Of a DNA stretch of 64,000 nucleotides, positions 51,901-64,000 are shown one piece after another. Positions within the stretch are counted from its first letter, which is position 1. Each line of letters begins with the position of its first letter. The stretch is from Anthoceros angustus (Eukaryota; Plantae; Anthocerotophyta), in contig MU008171.1 in assembly GCA_010909165.1 (NCBI GenBank), forward strand, positions 620,001 through 684,000. Reading direction: 5' to 3'. The position numbers were made by a program, and so were the translations under genes. The notes under the pieces were generated by a model. The model did not search any database and had not been told where the DNA came from. It saw nothing but the letters and a program-made list of their open reading frames with translations.

Positions 51901-54900
51901 TTGTAACAAGGACCTCTCTCTCCCCTGTCCTTCCCTTCCTATTTTACCTCCTTTGTATATTCTATACATATATATGTATATAGGATTCAAGACATAAGTA
52001 TGTGTAAGTATGTGTACATATATATGTACACATCCATCTGTTATACTTATATTATATCAGTGTACTTATATGTGCCTCATTTTTATACATATATATGTAC
52101 GTATATAGGCGTCAAGACTTCTTTATATAGTAATATGTATGTGCTAACCCTTACGTCACTCTCATACCTTGCATATATAAGTGTTTGATTTTATTAACAA
52201 ATTAATTGGAATTTTTGGACAGGTCAAGCGTCCTCTATCCCTCTCGGCTTTGTTGCCACTGATGCAATTGGCTTTATCTACAAACATGTATGTCTTCCAA
52301 GTGATATGGCCATATGCGTCTTGCGTGCATTACAAACATGTGCCTGTGGACTGAAGCGACGCGGCGTCACTTGGTGACTCTTCAGACCAACACCAATGTT
52401 TTCAGGATTCCTCCACAACTTCCTAAACCTATCCAGTGACCTCAATTACCACTTTGACGGCAGAGGACCCCTGTAAATGCTAGGCTACAAAGGTGGGAAT
52501 ACCAATACCATCTGTTTGTTGGTGATTGACCATCACCGGTCCACCCACGTACTGGCGACTCCAGCGTCCGCAAGACAACGGCTCTGACCATTCACATTCC
52601 CCCTCCACAAACGGCCCGCCTACCCATAGACTGCTACCAACCATTCCTATGTCACTGTGCCTACACCCCCGCCAGTCCAGGCTCGGACTCCTCTTGCGGC
52701 TTCAACACCGTTGTCTTTTGCTTGACCCTCTTCGATCAGCACCTCCTCGTTTCCTCCTGGTGTGGTCCACCTTCCGTGGGCTGGCATTCGACCCACTGGC
52801 CTCCATGGCTAGCCCCTTTACTCCTGGCCCCATAGGCTGCCAAAACACCACTTCCACAATTACAGATGGCAAACGAATAGCATTCAATCTCTCAGTACCT
52901 GGGTTGCCACCCTACTCACACTTTTCGACACAGATCGTGTGATACGCCTTGTCGGTGGCAATGCCATCACACCTCCAGGATCCCCACCATCCACGTTGCC
53001 TCCTGCATCACTTGACGGTGACGCTCCTTTGTTTGGCACCTTTCCCACATCTTCTTTCTCTCCACTGGTATCTGTGCCTTCCTTCCTGACTTGGCCTTCA
53101 CCTTCCACCAGCTTTCCCTTCCCCTTCTTCCCTGCAGTCATGCACACACATCACTTACAGGTCACATCCTACATATCGAAACCTACATATCACAACCACA
53201 TCACTTACAGGTTATGTCCTACAGATCGAAACCTACATATCACAACCAAGCATTCCAGTAACCGTCAACGACTACTTTACCCCTCCAATACTCCGGCATG
53301 CTCTCCAATCCATGCCTTGCTGCCCACTTCAACTCATCCACTGTTGTGCTCCCTCCCCAGTGTTGGAGATACCGTTTCTCGAACTCCTTTGCTCCAACGG
53401 GACCAAAGGGATTGGTCCCATGCTCATGCTTGGCAAGTCTTGCCGACGTTGCGGCAGCTTGCTGTGGTGTTGGCCACACACCACCAACAAGGTCTCCTAA
53501 GGAGTAGAGACACACTCCTCTTTTTAGAGACAAATGTCCATTTGGTCACATTCGACCTACAAATTGGAAACCAATCTCTGGATTTGGTGCTTTTCCAAAA
53601 ACCAAGGGCAAAACCCGCACTATTTCCATTTCCCGTAGTTGTCAAAAGCATCTTTTCTACCTTTTTGATGTCTTCTAACCCTGTTAAGAAAGGTCCATGG
53701 TTGGATCAAGTTGGAAAATACCCAGTTTAAGGCTTTTAAGGGCATTTTCGCAAAAACCGGTTGTCGTTTTGAATCTGGACATTTATGACAATTTGAACCA
53801 ATGTGCTAAGTTGAAAGCGCAATCACCTCAATATGCTAACACGGTTTTTGTACACATTGGTCCAAGTATGCCCGACATCATCTGCCCTTCTGATCGCAAG
53901 GTTGTGGCACCATAAAAACAACAAGGATATGTGTCTTCATGTCAACTACGATACACAAACATGCATGCACACATCGATTTGGTACTATAGTGGGAGACTA
54001 GAGGTATAAGACACCAAGATCCCACATGGGCCATATGCCCAACTATATGTCCAGCGTTCCAAACTATACAAAAATGCTCACATATATTAAAAGAAAAGTG
54101 CCATGGCACCATATAATCTGGGACAACGGTCACTTTTGAATTTAGTCAAGTGACCCATACTCATAAGCGAAGAGACAAGGTGTCGGACCTAGGTTGGATC
54201 TGCGATCTAAGCGAAGACAAGCTTTTCTTAAAATTGCCGGCACGGACATCCATTGACCTTTGCACCACGTTGTCCACACAAAGCCAACAATTTCGCCCAC
54301 TCATTGCTCAAGTTTGAAGTCTCGGCGGTGCTCTAGCACTCCACCCACACCAAAACAAGCTGCCTATCCTAGCAGCTTCATGGCTCCCAAAAGGAGGACC
54401 TCATCACCTGCTGCCCTCCAGCCAACCTCCCGCCTATATGTTGGCACCTACATACATGAACGTGAGTCGGTCATTGGCTCACTGAAGACCTTACTACCCA
54501 TGACCTTTTAATAGCACCATCAACAAGAGGACAACAACCGCAAAAGTAAAATCAAGATCCCAAGCGTGACCGAAATCTGGCTGACAGCGCGGACACCGGC
54601 CCGGCCAAGAACGGGATGCAGCAACATCAGACAACAACACCGGCAAGCACCGATTAGAACCAAGCGGATGCGTCAACATCACGACAACAACACCGGCAAG
54701 CACGATTACCGGCCAAGCGGCGGATGCATGAATTGAAACACCTTACCAAAAGCCTTCACTCTCGGCCGGCTCCGGCTTCACCCGAACCCTCTTGCCAATG
54801 CCTTGGCAACCCACGCCATTACAAGCGCCAGCTCCCTCCGACGCCTTCTTGCTTGCCTCTCTCTAGCTCCTCCCCATCAACTCCACTGGGGCTTTACGGC

Positions 54901-56734
54901 GGATATAGTGCGAACCTCGCGGCTCCATCGCCTTCACCTCCTTCCCGGAACGTGAGATCATGGCGGATGTCACGGGGCCTCCAGCCCTCAAGCGCAATAT
55001 TTGAAGCGGCTCAATATACAAGAAGGGCTTATGGGGTACATATACGGTGAAGGGGCTTCTCGATGGGCGTGAAATGGGGTTTTGCCGTTATGGTAGCCAA
55101 TGTTTGGAAAAATAGGGTCTAAGATACTAAGCGTATACAAATGTGTTCTAGTGTTCGTGATGGTCATTGACTTCCATGGTCAAGTAGTTTTCTGAAATAA
55201 TATACCCATAATGTATTTGTGTGGGTGATGGAAGGTGAAATATGGATAAGTTTAGGGTATGAGATTTGAAACATGGGGAAGAGAGCCTCCCCGTGATTCG
55301 GAATACCATCCTTGAGGGTTTGTCATGGCTCTACTTCATTGAGCTTTACTGTGTCAAGATGTGTGGGGAAGCTCGCAGTGCGGGCGAGGGGTAAGGGCGC
55401 CGGCATGCCGGCGCCCAACTCTTTAGTGGTCTTGACTACAAACGTTTGAATCAATGACAATGCTGAAGCCTGATAACTAAACAGCGCACAGGTTTGGTTT
55501 AAACCCTTACTGCAAACGACTACGGCAGGCAAATGAGATTTGCATTCATGCAGATGGAGAAATTCAAATGTGTAATATAATAGATAGCTTATGTGAAGAT
55601 AATAATGGGCGGCATGCCGCCCATTGCCTATCTACGATGATCGGATATGACCTTTGGCGACAATACCCCAATATGCCCACTATGTAAGAATCGTTACATG
55701 GGCATACGCTAAAAACAATGCAAGTCGGCATTGGAGTTCTTTCATTCTGTTGGTTGATCACTCTTCTAGTCTAGACCTTCTCCATTTACCTCCTTCTCCT
55801 CGTTACAATCGTCATCGCTTTCATCTTGGACATCGAGTGCATGGTTGCGGATGGGGACGAAGGGCACTCGACTTCTCCTAATTACTTTCTTATCGATGCA
55901 TATAGATGTTTCCTTGAGTTAATCCACCACTGGAGGTGCAACAAGGCGAGGAGGTCGCCATGGAACTGAGCTGGACCTAGAAACGAGGCTAGACCAGTGA
56001 ATGGACGAAATAAACTGTCCGTTAATAGAGGAAGAGCATGCAAACGGGCCGCGGGAAGAGAGATGTCATGTCGTTGTCAGAGATGGGAAACAGAGCACCT
56101 AAGACTCTATGACCGGATATCGACTAGAGCATCCCGGCATAAGNGGTTACCAAAAGATCCAAAATCGCAATTCATGTAAAATGTGTGGACAAAGTTGAAA
56201 AATCGAGGTTGACCAAACTTTTGCATTCTACAGCCATCATGTCCCCAAGCGGATGGCCAACTAAGGTTACAATCAACCTCTACACTAGGCATTCACACAC
56301 TCAAGCGGATGCCCAAAAGCATGTGAAAGGCAACTAGCAATAACATGGATCAAGCATCACACAAAGGCACAAAATGATGACCCAAACGTACTTGTGACAT
56401 GTCAAGAAAGTGTGTGATGTGGTTGATGAAGGTTTTAGCTGCAGTCCGCAACCGCTTGGTATCTTTTGTGTTTGACAACGGACAAGAAGCAGATTGGTTT
56501 CCCAAAACTAGACGATGCTTGCTTTCACATAGTCCCGAAGGATGTCAGACCTTGCTTTCCTTCTAGCCCCACACCATGTTCTCTAGCCTGAAACATATCC
56601 TCCCTGCCTGGTGCTCAAAGCTTTGATGGATCTGCCTCCTGCTCACTCCTATGTGCCGAGAAAGGCTTGAAATGAGGCCCTTGCCTTGGATATTCTCTGA
56701 TAAGATAATGTTGAACAAGGTGTTCCTTGCTCAC

Positions 56735-56795
56735 AATTTTGTCACCAACTTGAACATCCTTAAAGGTTTAAGAATGTTCAAGTTGGTGATAAATT
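56735..56795. repeat. 61-bp near-perfect hairpin
   Basis: AATTTTGTCACCAACTTGAACATCCTTAAA-GG-TTTAAGAATGTTCAAGTTGGTGATAAATT, with a 16-bp perfect core. Confidence 0.9.
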
Positions 56796-58519
56796 TAAAG
56801 TTTAAAGTTTCAACTTGTGCAATTTCAACAACAATGCTCCCAATGGTGGCTTTTGGCATCTAAACTTCCATATCTTTACGACATTCTACCGTGTATCCAC
56901 TTGTAATCTCTAGAAATTGATGAGCTGATTTGCGAGCCATGTCCTGCTTGCGATGTACCGGGCATTCCTTAACACCAGAAACAGTGGCCATAGCTTGTTG
57001 CCGCTCTCTAAACTTCTGTACATGGACAGTTGAAGTTTGGGCACCCTTGGTTTCTTGCGTGGTAGCAATTGCATCCTCTCATGCTCCACCTTCCTCTCTT
57101 ACTGGCCGCGCGCAGGGTGCTGATATGATACCCGGGCACATCTGTTGCCAACATGTCCATGCGCCACGGTGCATGACCACTGCCCTACTGGCCGGGCCGC
57201 ACTGCAGTGTGCAGAGCGGCAGCCATACTCGCCCATGACATATAAGGGGATGCGCTGACGAAATGACAATGTCAATGGGAATTACGAAACTCATGTGGAG
57301 TGCTGCGTCATGCATCCCGCATAACTGTAATATTATTGCTCGTAAGTGTAATAAATTTTGTAATAAAACTACACCCATTGTTATAGTGATGGGTCCCCTC
57401 GTTTGACCTCTACACTTGAGGAATACCAAGATTCCTTGCTAGTCTCCTTCCTGGCAACTCTTGAACACCAACTTCACTACAAGATGCTTCATGTTATAGT
57501 GTTTGCCCGCCTGGGCTGGGCACAGGCACAGTGTTCTCGGCCGATGGCGGCGTTCATGACCCCGGCTCCGGCTTGATGGTGATTGAGCCATACCTGCTAT
57601 ACGTGTGCACAACTCTAAACAGAGGCACAGCTGCTAGCTGTTAGACTCCAACTTAGTACCCTGCTCATACCTCATGCAACAACCAAGAACAAGTCAGGCA
57701 CATCCCTAAAAGCATCAATCACCTTAGTAAGCAAGCTCGTGCATCCATGGATCCGCCAACAATCACCTTTGCTACAGCAGTCGTGTGATCCTACAAGGTG
57801 ATAGAACAGTTAGAAACAGAATGAGCCAAGGACCACCTAAACCTGCTTGCATACCTTGCCTGTCGTGCAAAAACAATTGGACATCGGAATAGGACAACAT
57901 TCCCTGTTCTCGCAGCCTGTGTATGTGTTGATAACACCAACCAGCTACAAGAATTTGCAGCAACACGACATGATCAACACACTAGCACAACCCTGGTTAT
58001 AGCAATCGCAACTCGTCCATGTCATGATCAACAGCTCAACTACGACTCACATGCACGTCTGGCTGAGAGCTAACTAGAAAAAGAAAGCAACAATCCTGCT
58101 AAATTCCCATAAAATTCCTCATTCAATCAGTGTCTATCAGCCGATCAAACGCGGTGAGTTGAGAGTTCACAACAACAACCAAGCATATTGCCGCAACAAT
58201 TCACACTTGAAGCAAAATGTTAGACTCGAACATCCGCTCAAAATCTCAAAGATGAAGGCTCCAGCATCCCTTAACGGTTACAGCGGTCAGGAGCTCGTCA
58301 TTCCCTCTGGCTCGAAGAAACTCTCAAGACTGTCCTAAACCAAGCACGCTTGCCTCTTGTGTCCCGCGCCCAATCGCTTGTCTCTCTCTCTCTCCGCTGC
58401 TCCCTTTCGTCATGCGTCGCCTTCCATCCTTCTCCATGCTTGTGTTTTCCGGTCTCATCACCGTCATCAGCTCCCGCGCGAATCTCCTTGCTATGATACA
58501 ACAAATCTACTGGTAAATT

Positions 58520-60832
58520 ACCAATAGATAATTTTTGAAGGGGGGGAATATAGTAAACCCCTTCGGTCGAGACAGCACCCCCTTGTCACGATGTACACCC
58601 TTCCTGCAACAGCATATCTGCCCTACTTTGATAATGTGCACAACCTTTCTGAGCCCATACCTTTGATAAAAGACACACTTGCAAGTCTACACTCCAGAAC
58701 TAGAGCACAGTAGGGTGTGGGCCCGTCTGCGTTTTTGTAGAATGCATAGAGGGCTGCCATTTTCATATGTTTATTACAACCGAAAACTTTTACTTTCAAG
58801 TGGTGGAACACAATGAAAACAATCACTAGCGGAGTCTCATTCAATGGTCGTGAGAACATTGCAACAAACAATTGCTAAAGGAGGAAGTGGTCATCGGCAT
58901 CGACAATAGTCATTCAAGAGTGCGGCTGGCGACTCATCCATGCCTTGCGAAATCGAGTCAAGGACCACCACCATATTGCGAAGGCGGTCCATATCCTCTG
59001 CGTCAAAGCTGTCATTCTCCTCCAATGTTTGCTCATATTCATTAGTATAATTCTTGGGCTGAGCTTTGGACGGTGTCGACTGCCACACAACATTTAGGGT
59101 CTGCTGACCCTCATCCAAAAGCTCGCTAATCGTGGTCTTCAACCTTTTGGAACTCAATGCAACCACTTGGGCTTTTAGGCAATGCCAGCATCCTTAAAAT
59201 GAACAAAGTTGGTTGCCCATGCGCCCATGCAAGCGTCCTTAAAATCAACAAAGTTAAGTTATTAAAAAGATGTAGGTTTTGAACTTCAAACCTCCTCACT
59301 ACACTTTTCCCAACCACTTGACCCAAGTTTAGCCGCTAAATATTATTTTCTTAGAGGCGTAGCCCATATGGCGAGGGTGTGCTAGGGAGGCGGCCCGGCG
59401 CCCATGGGCGTGTTGGGGGGGTGGCGTGGCGCCATGCGGTGTGCTAGGGGCGCCCGGCAGCGCGCCATGGGCGTGTGCTAGGGAGGCGCCGGCCCGGCAT
59501 GCTAGGGGAGGGAGGCGGCGGCCCGGCGCCCATGGGCAAGGTGTGCTAGGGAGGCGGCCCGGCGCCCATGGGCGGTGTGCTAGGGAGGCGGCGGCGCCCT
59601 CCCTGCACCATCCTCGTGCATCACGGTGAAGCTAGGGGGACAAGAAGGGCAGCGGTATCCTATCACCCGGAAGGTGTGGCCCATTTGCGGGAAGGGTTAA
59701 AAGATTTGCGTCCATAGGTGGTTGAAGAGTACAAGTGGTGGGAAGCCTTTTGGGTGGACGGAAGGAGATTGCTATCATTGTGGAGAATAACATTGGGCTA
59801 GTGCTACGTCCTTGGAAGTGGTTTTCACGTGCAGTGGATCATACGGACCACTTCAAGTGCGGATGAAGCTTTCTTTGGATGAGGCATTATTGAGGACCTT
59901 CCACGGTGATATACTTGGGGCATATCAAAATGCCGGAAGGAAACAACGCGGATGAATGGAGATATAATGGAAATCCGGAAGGGATGTTTGCGTGCGTGCA
60001 CTATGGACACGCATAACAGCCATTCGGATTGGGAGAGTCGTGTGTGAAGCTAGATGCACCACGACCTCACTTTCTTATCCACTGGTATCGGACCGAGCAC
60101 ACATGCGTATGGAAGGGAGATATGTGTAGGAATACATAGTCCGTTAGAGTGCTAACCCATCTGGTCTGATGCCGAGGAAAAAAGGGAATAAAGGTCCATT
60201 ACCCAGAAAACATACAGGAGGTGTTTGTGAATGAAACAGCCATCTTGTATTATGGGTTTGTGTTGAACGCACGGAAACATGTGTATGCGGTGGACAAAAA
60301 AGCGATAAGGCATAAGCTTTGCGAGTTGCGCGGCTTCATACAGCCTGCGAGTCAAAGTACCGCTGAAGATAGTTATGACAATGCTGGAGAAGTTGGACCA
60401 ATTGATGACGAAGGATTGAACTCTGGTGATGAGTGAAACTAAAATCACGGTTTGTCCCGGGGTCCCAGTGAATGTGTCACAGTTCCGGATATTCTTGTGT
60501 TTGGAAATACCACAATAGGCTTTTGTTGTGTCCTTACTAAACCACATTTTCCTCCCAAAACTGAATTTACAATCGTCCCTTCCCGGAAGGAACGGCCTTC
60601 CTTACCGTTCCTACTTTGCATTAATCCCATAGGTTCGAGTTTGCGACCACCATTCGACAGAAACATTGCTCGATGGAAAGTAGGAACTTTAGTGGGTGAC
60701 ACCCTTTTTTTCGGAGATGTTTTCCGGAATGCCTTAAAAATGCTGTTTTAGGGCCCATCAAAAACCCCCTTCAGAGATTATTTACGGAAAACCCCCGCGA
60801 GATTATTCACCCCCTTCAAAAATTATGATGTT
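58520..60832 (-). mobile_element. Non-autonomous TIR element related to the 31172-43109 transposon (copy 2, inverted relative to copy 1)
   Basis: Reverse complement aligns along its length with 21549-23811. Termini GATAATTTTTGAAGGGGGGGAATA and TATTCACCCCCTTCAAAAATTATGATGTT; same internal layout as copy 1. Confidence 0.87.
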
Positions 60833-60987
60833 TAATCTGCGTCCCGACTTAACTGGAAACCAATGGCTAGCGAAACATGACATTTCTGGATGTCAAGGTA
60901 TTACATACATCCTACCTCTACATACATGGACTGTCTACAACTGCTGATCCCGATACAGCGCAACTCCAGCATGACATGCTACCTCTA

Positions 60988-61112
60988 CCCACCACTTTCT
61001 TGCCACCCCTACCCAAACATCCCTGCCACCTCAATCCACCATTCCCCTACCACCTGTACCCAACAGTTCCCTGCCACCTCAACCCACCATTCCCCTGCCA
61101 CATCTACCCAAC
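60988..61112. repeat. ~47-bp C-rich tandem repeat, about 2.6 copies
   Basis: CCACCATTCCCCT(A/G)CCAC...ACCCAACA...CCCTGCCACCTCAA repeated. Confidence 0.75.
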
Positions 61113-62631
61113 ACTCTAAGCTCGGTCCAAAGTTCTCCTCAAAGCAAAAGTTTATCAAACATGCGGCAGATCCAGGTAGTCTGACCTGCACTCCACACAT
61201 AAGATTCTAGTTTTCCAGTATTATGATTTCTTTTATCTATTCACCTATTTAACACCACGGCTTTTAAGACAAAGCTCACAACCTAGGTTTCAACACCAAA
61301 TGAAATATGTGGGGATGTAGAACATATTTCAAGGGGGTAGAACATACTTCAACATAGGCTTTAGTTACACAACGACTGGACCCTTCGATGGATTGAATCC
61401 AATCTCAGTGTCCAACTGGGAGATTAGATCCCCGCGGATGTGTGCGCTCTCCCCCTCATCGCTCCAAGGTGCGCACTCTCCCACTCCTCGCGATCGAGGT
61501 GTCTACACACCAACATGTTTTCATCACTTACCATTTTGCAATTTTTAGTTTTCAATCACTGATTTCAATATCTATTAAAAAATGGACACTTTCTATAATT
61601 AGTTATTTTTTGGCCAAACGGTTGGCTCTTATGGTATTGGAGAACTTACAAGTGGATTTATTTGTGAATTCCTACACAATGGGAAACTAACAACTGAATT
61701 AATTTGTGAAATTCTACACAATGATTAGTTTTGCATACTTTCGTATCAATCTTTAAGCGGTGTCCAAAGACTAACATAATGTGTATTTTATAAATTAGAT
61801 TCATAAAAATATAACTCAAAACATCATATCGTGCAATAAGCTCCTTCTTGATAGAACCTCAAAACAATTTGGCAGTTGTCATGTAAGAAAATCTCACTTT
61901 TTTAAGGTCGTGAAAGATTTTTTTCTAATTTACATTAAGCTCGCCACGACAACAAAAAGGTTTTCTAATTTAATTAATTTCCAAATCCACATGGGTTTAT
62001 CACACCTACCTAGCAAATTCACTTCAAAATGGAGTGCACTTAATAGAACATCAACCATGCGTAATGGCTCTGAGGCCACGGACTTCGAGGCTTCCAGGGG
62101 CCTGACAAAAGCTCAAGGAGAGAAGCTTCAGCATCTCTTTTCCGTGAGCGGAGCGGCCCTCCTCGGATTGGCGCAGCTTGGCGGCCTGTCCCTTTGGCGT
62201 GCTCGGGCCGTCTAGATTGGTGTCCTTTCTGATTGATCTGGCTGCTGTTTCGGAGGAACTTCTGGAGTTGTTGTGGTCGGTGTCGCGGGGCCTAGTGTTT
62301 GTGCAAAGCAGGGGTCTTGCGATCTGACTCTGTTTAGGAGGTATGATCTGTGGTTTTCACCTGAAAATGGATCTCAGATGCCCTTGTGGAGATACTTTGC
62401 TCTGAGTCTGCACTGCCACCTGATCCAGCTGGATCTAAGGTGCCGCCTCAAAGTTGATTCTTGGAGTTGGTGGGTGGATCTCCTGACCATCTGTGCAGAT
62501 TCACCTTCCCCCTGTGGCTCGATTTTGAATGACGTCTTGCTTACTTGTGACGGATGGTGAAGTGCCTTTCGGAGTAACCATGTCGTGGTGCCACATTTGC
62601 AGAGGCTCCTTGCCTGGCCCTTTCCTTCATC

Positions 62632-63742
62632 ATGGTGGCATCTGAGAACGGTCACGCCACTGAGTTGAAGTTTCTTATCTATGGTCGGACTGGTTGGATT
62701 GGGGGGCTGTTAGGGAAGTTGTGTGACCAGCAGAAGATAGCCTACGAATATGGGAAGGGTAGGCTGGAGAACAGATCTCAGATCGAAGAGGACATCAAGA
62801 GTGTGTCGCCGACACATGTGTTCAATGCAGCGGGCGTAACAGGTCGCCCAAACGTGGACTGGTGCGAGAGTCACAAGGTGGAGACCATCAGGGCTAATGT
62901 GGTTGGGACGCTGACCCTCTCTGATGTATGCCGGGAAAATGGACTTCTTCTGATCAACTACGCAACAGGATGCATTTTTGAGTATGATGCTGCTCATTTG
63001 GAAGGCAGTGGCATTGGTTTTAAGGAAGAGGACAAGCCTAATTTCACTGGATCTTTTTATTCCAAGACCAAAGCAATGGTGAGCAAGAAAATGCTGTTTT
63101 GAGTGTGTTCTCACGTTTCTTTTCGTTTGAGCGCTGTGTGCAGTGCCAGCCTATGAATTCAGCGAACGTAGCTACATTGGCAGTATAATGTTTGTTCACG
63201 TCTTTCTGGATTCATTGATCGGTCTTGGTTGCGTTCTGACCTATTTGCGGGCACTGGTGTGATGCTCTAATCCGGTTTTGCACGTGCAGGTTGAGGAGTT
63301 ATTGAAAGAGTTTGACAATGTTTGCACATTGCGTGTGCGGATGCCCATTACTGGGGATCTGACCAATGCCCGTAACTTTGTGACAAAAATTTCCCGCTAT
63401 GAGAAGGTTGTGAACATTCCCAACTCAATGACCATCCTGGATGAGCTGCTGCCAATCTCCATCGAAATGGCCAAACGTAATCTGACTGGCATCTGGAACT
63501 TCACAAATCCTGGTGTCATCAGCCATAATGAAGTCTTGGAGCTGTACAGGGATTATATCGACTCCAGCTTCACTTGGAAGAATTTCAGCCTTGAAGAACA
63601 AGCCAAAGTCATTGTTGCTCCCCGTAGCAACAACGAGTTGGATGCGTCCAAGTTGAAGAAGGAATTTCCGGACCTGCTTTCTATTAAGGAGTCCTTGATC
63701 AAGTATGTGTTTGAGCCTAATAAGAAGACCCTGACTGCTTGA
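62632..63742 (+). CDS. UER1: Bifunctional dTDP/UDP-4-dehydrorhamnose 3,5-epimerase/4-reductase (NRS/ER); exons 62632-63078 and 63290-63742, 299 aa
   Basis: KFLIYGRTGWIGG, NAAGVTGRPNVDWCESHK, YSKTKAM|VEELL and LRVRMPI motifs; GT-AG intron in phase 0; intact frame. Confidence 0.96.
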
Positions 63743-64000
63743 GTTTGAGCAGAAAAGTTCTATCAGGTTTGGGGTTGGAATAAGCAGGTTGGACAGACAA
63801 CGGTAAGGAGCACCGCTCTTGCAAATGGAGGTCTGGAAAACTCTTGGGGTGCCTAGTACTTCTACCCACTGAGGAAGTTGCACGAGGTATAGAATGGGAT
63901 AGGTGTCAGTTAATGGAATGACGCTTGGTTTTGCTCGCGGCTGGTCTTATTTGGCCACACCACACAGAGCGATGGTGCAGCATATTTATTAAGTTTTAAA

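Noticed and set aside
56144-56144. Single ambiguous base N
   Set aside because: Assembly ambiguity, not a biological feature.
56200-56950. Minus-strand transposase-like or LRR-like translation
   Set aside because: Only vague resemblance with many stops; no catalytic motif could be supported.

Overview
Land-plant nuclear DNA, probably from a seed-free plant. A Selaginella-like lycophyte is only a guess, based on compact introns and a PLS-type PPR fragment. Three clean host genes are present: the 3' exons of an ELMO/CED-12-domain gene (1-737), an uncharacterised 'MSRCYPYPPPGY...ALPYVIPF' family gene (11669-13084, minus), and a UER1/NRS-ER rhamnose-synthesis epimerase-reductase (62632-63742). 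Almost everything else is nested transposable elements. These include a full-length chromovirus-like Ty3/Gypsy element with non-canonical AG...CT LTR ends and a 5-bp TSD (1103-10925), a GC-rich coiled-coil ORF region, CACTA/EnSpm pieces and LTR-like fragments. The most unusual feature is an 11.9-kb DNA transposon (31172-43109) with 33-bp TIRs and a 4-bp TSD (CATT). It carries a DUF7869-like DDE transposase on the + strand and, on the - strand, a ParB-like motif plus a bacterial-type (beta-class) N4-C/N6-A DNA methyltransferase. It is inserted into a relative of itself and has two 2.3-kb non-autonomous relatives in the window. Repeat regions contain many 0.3-1.2-kb tandem duplications and small indels while host genes are clean, so many TE frameshifts may be assembly or polishing artefacts. 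All domain calls come from motif recognition by eye; no database search was run.
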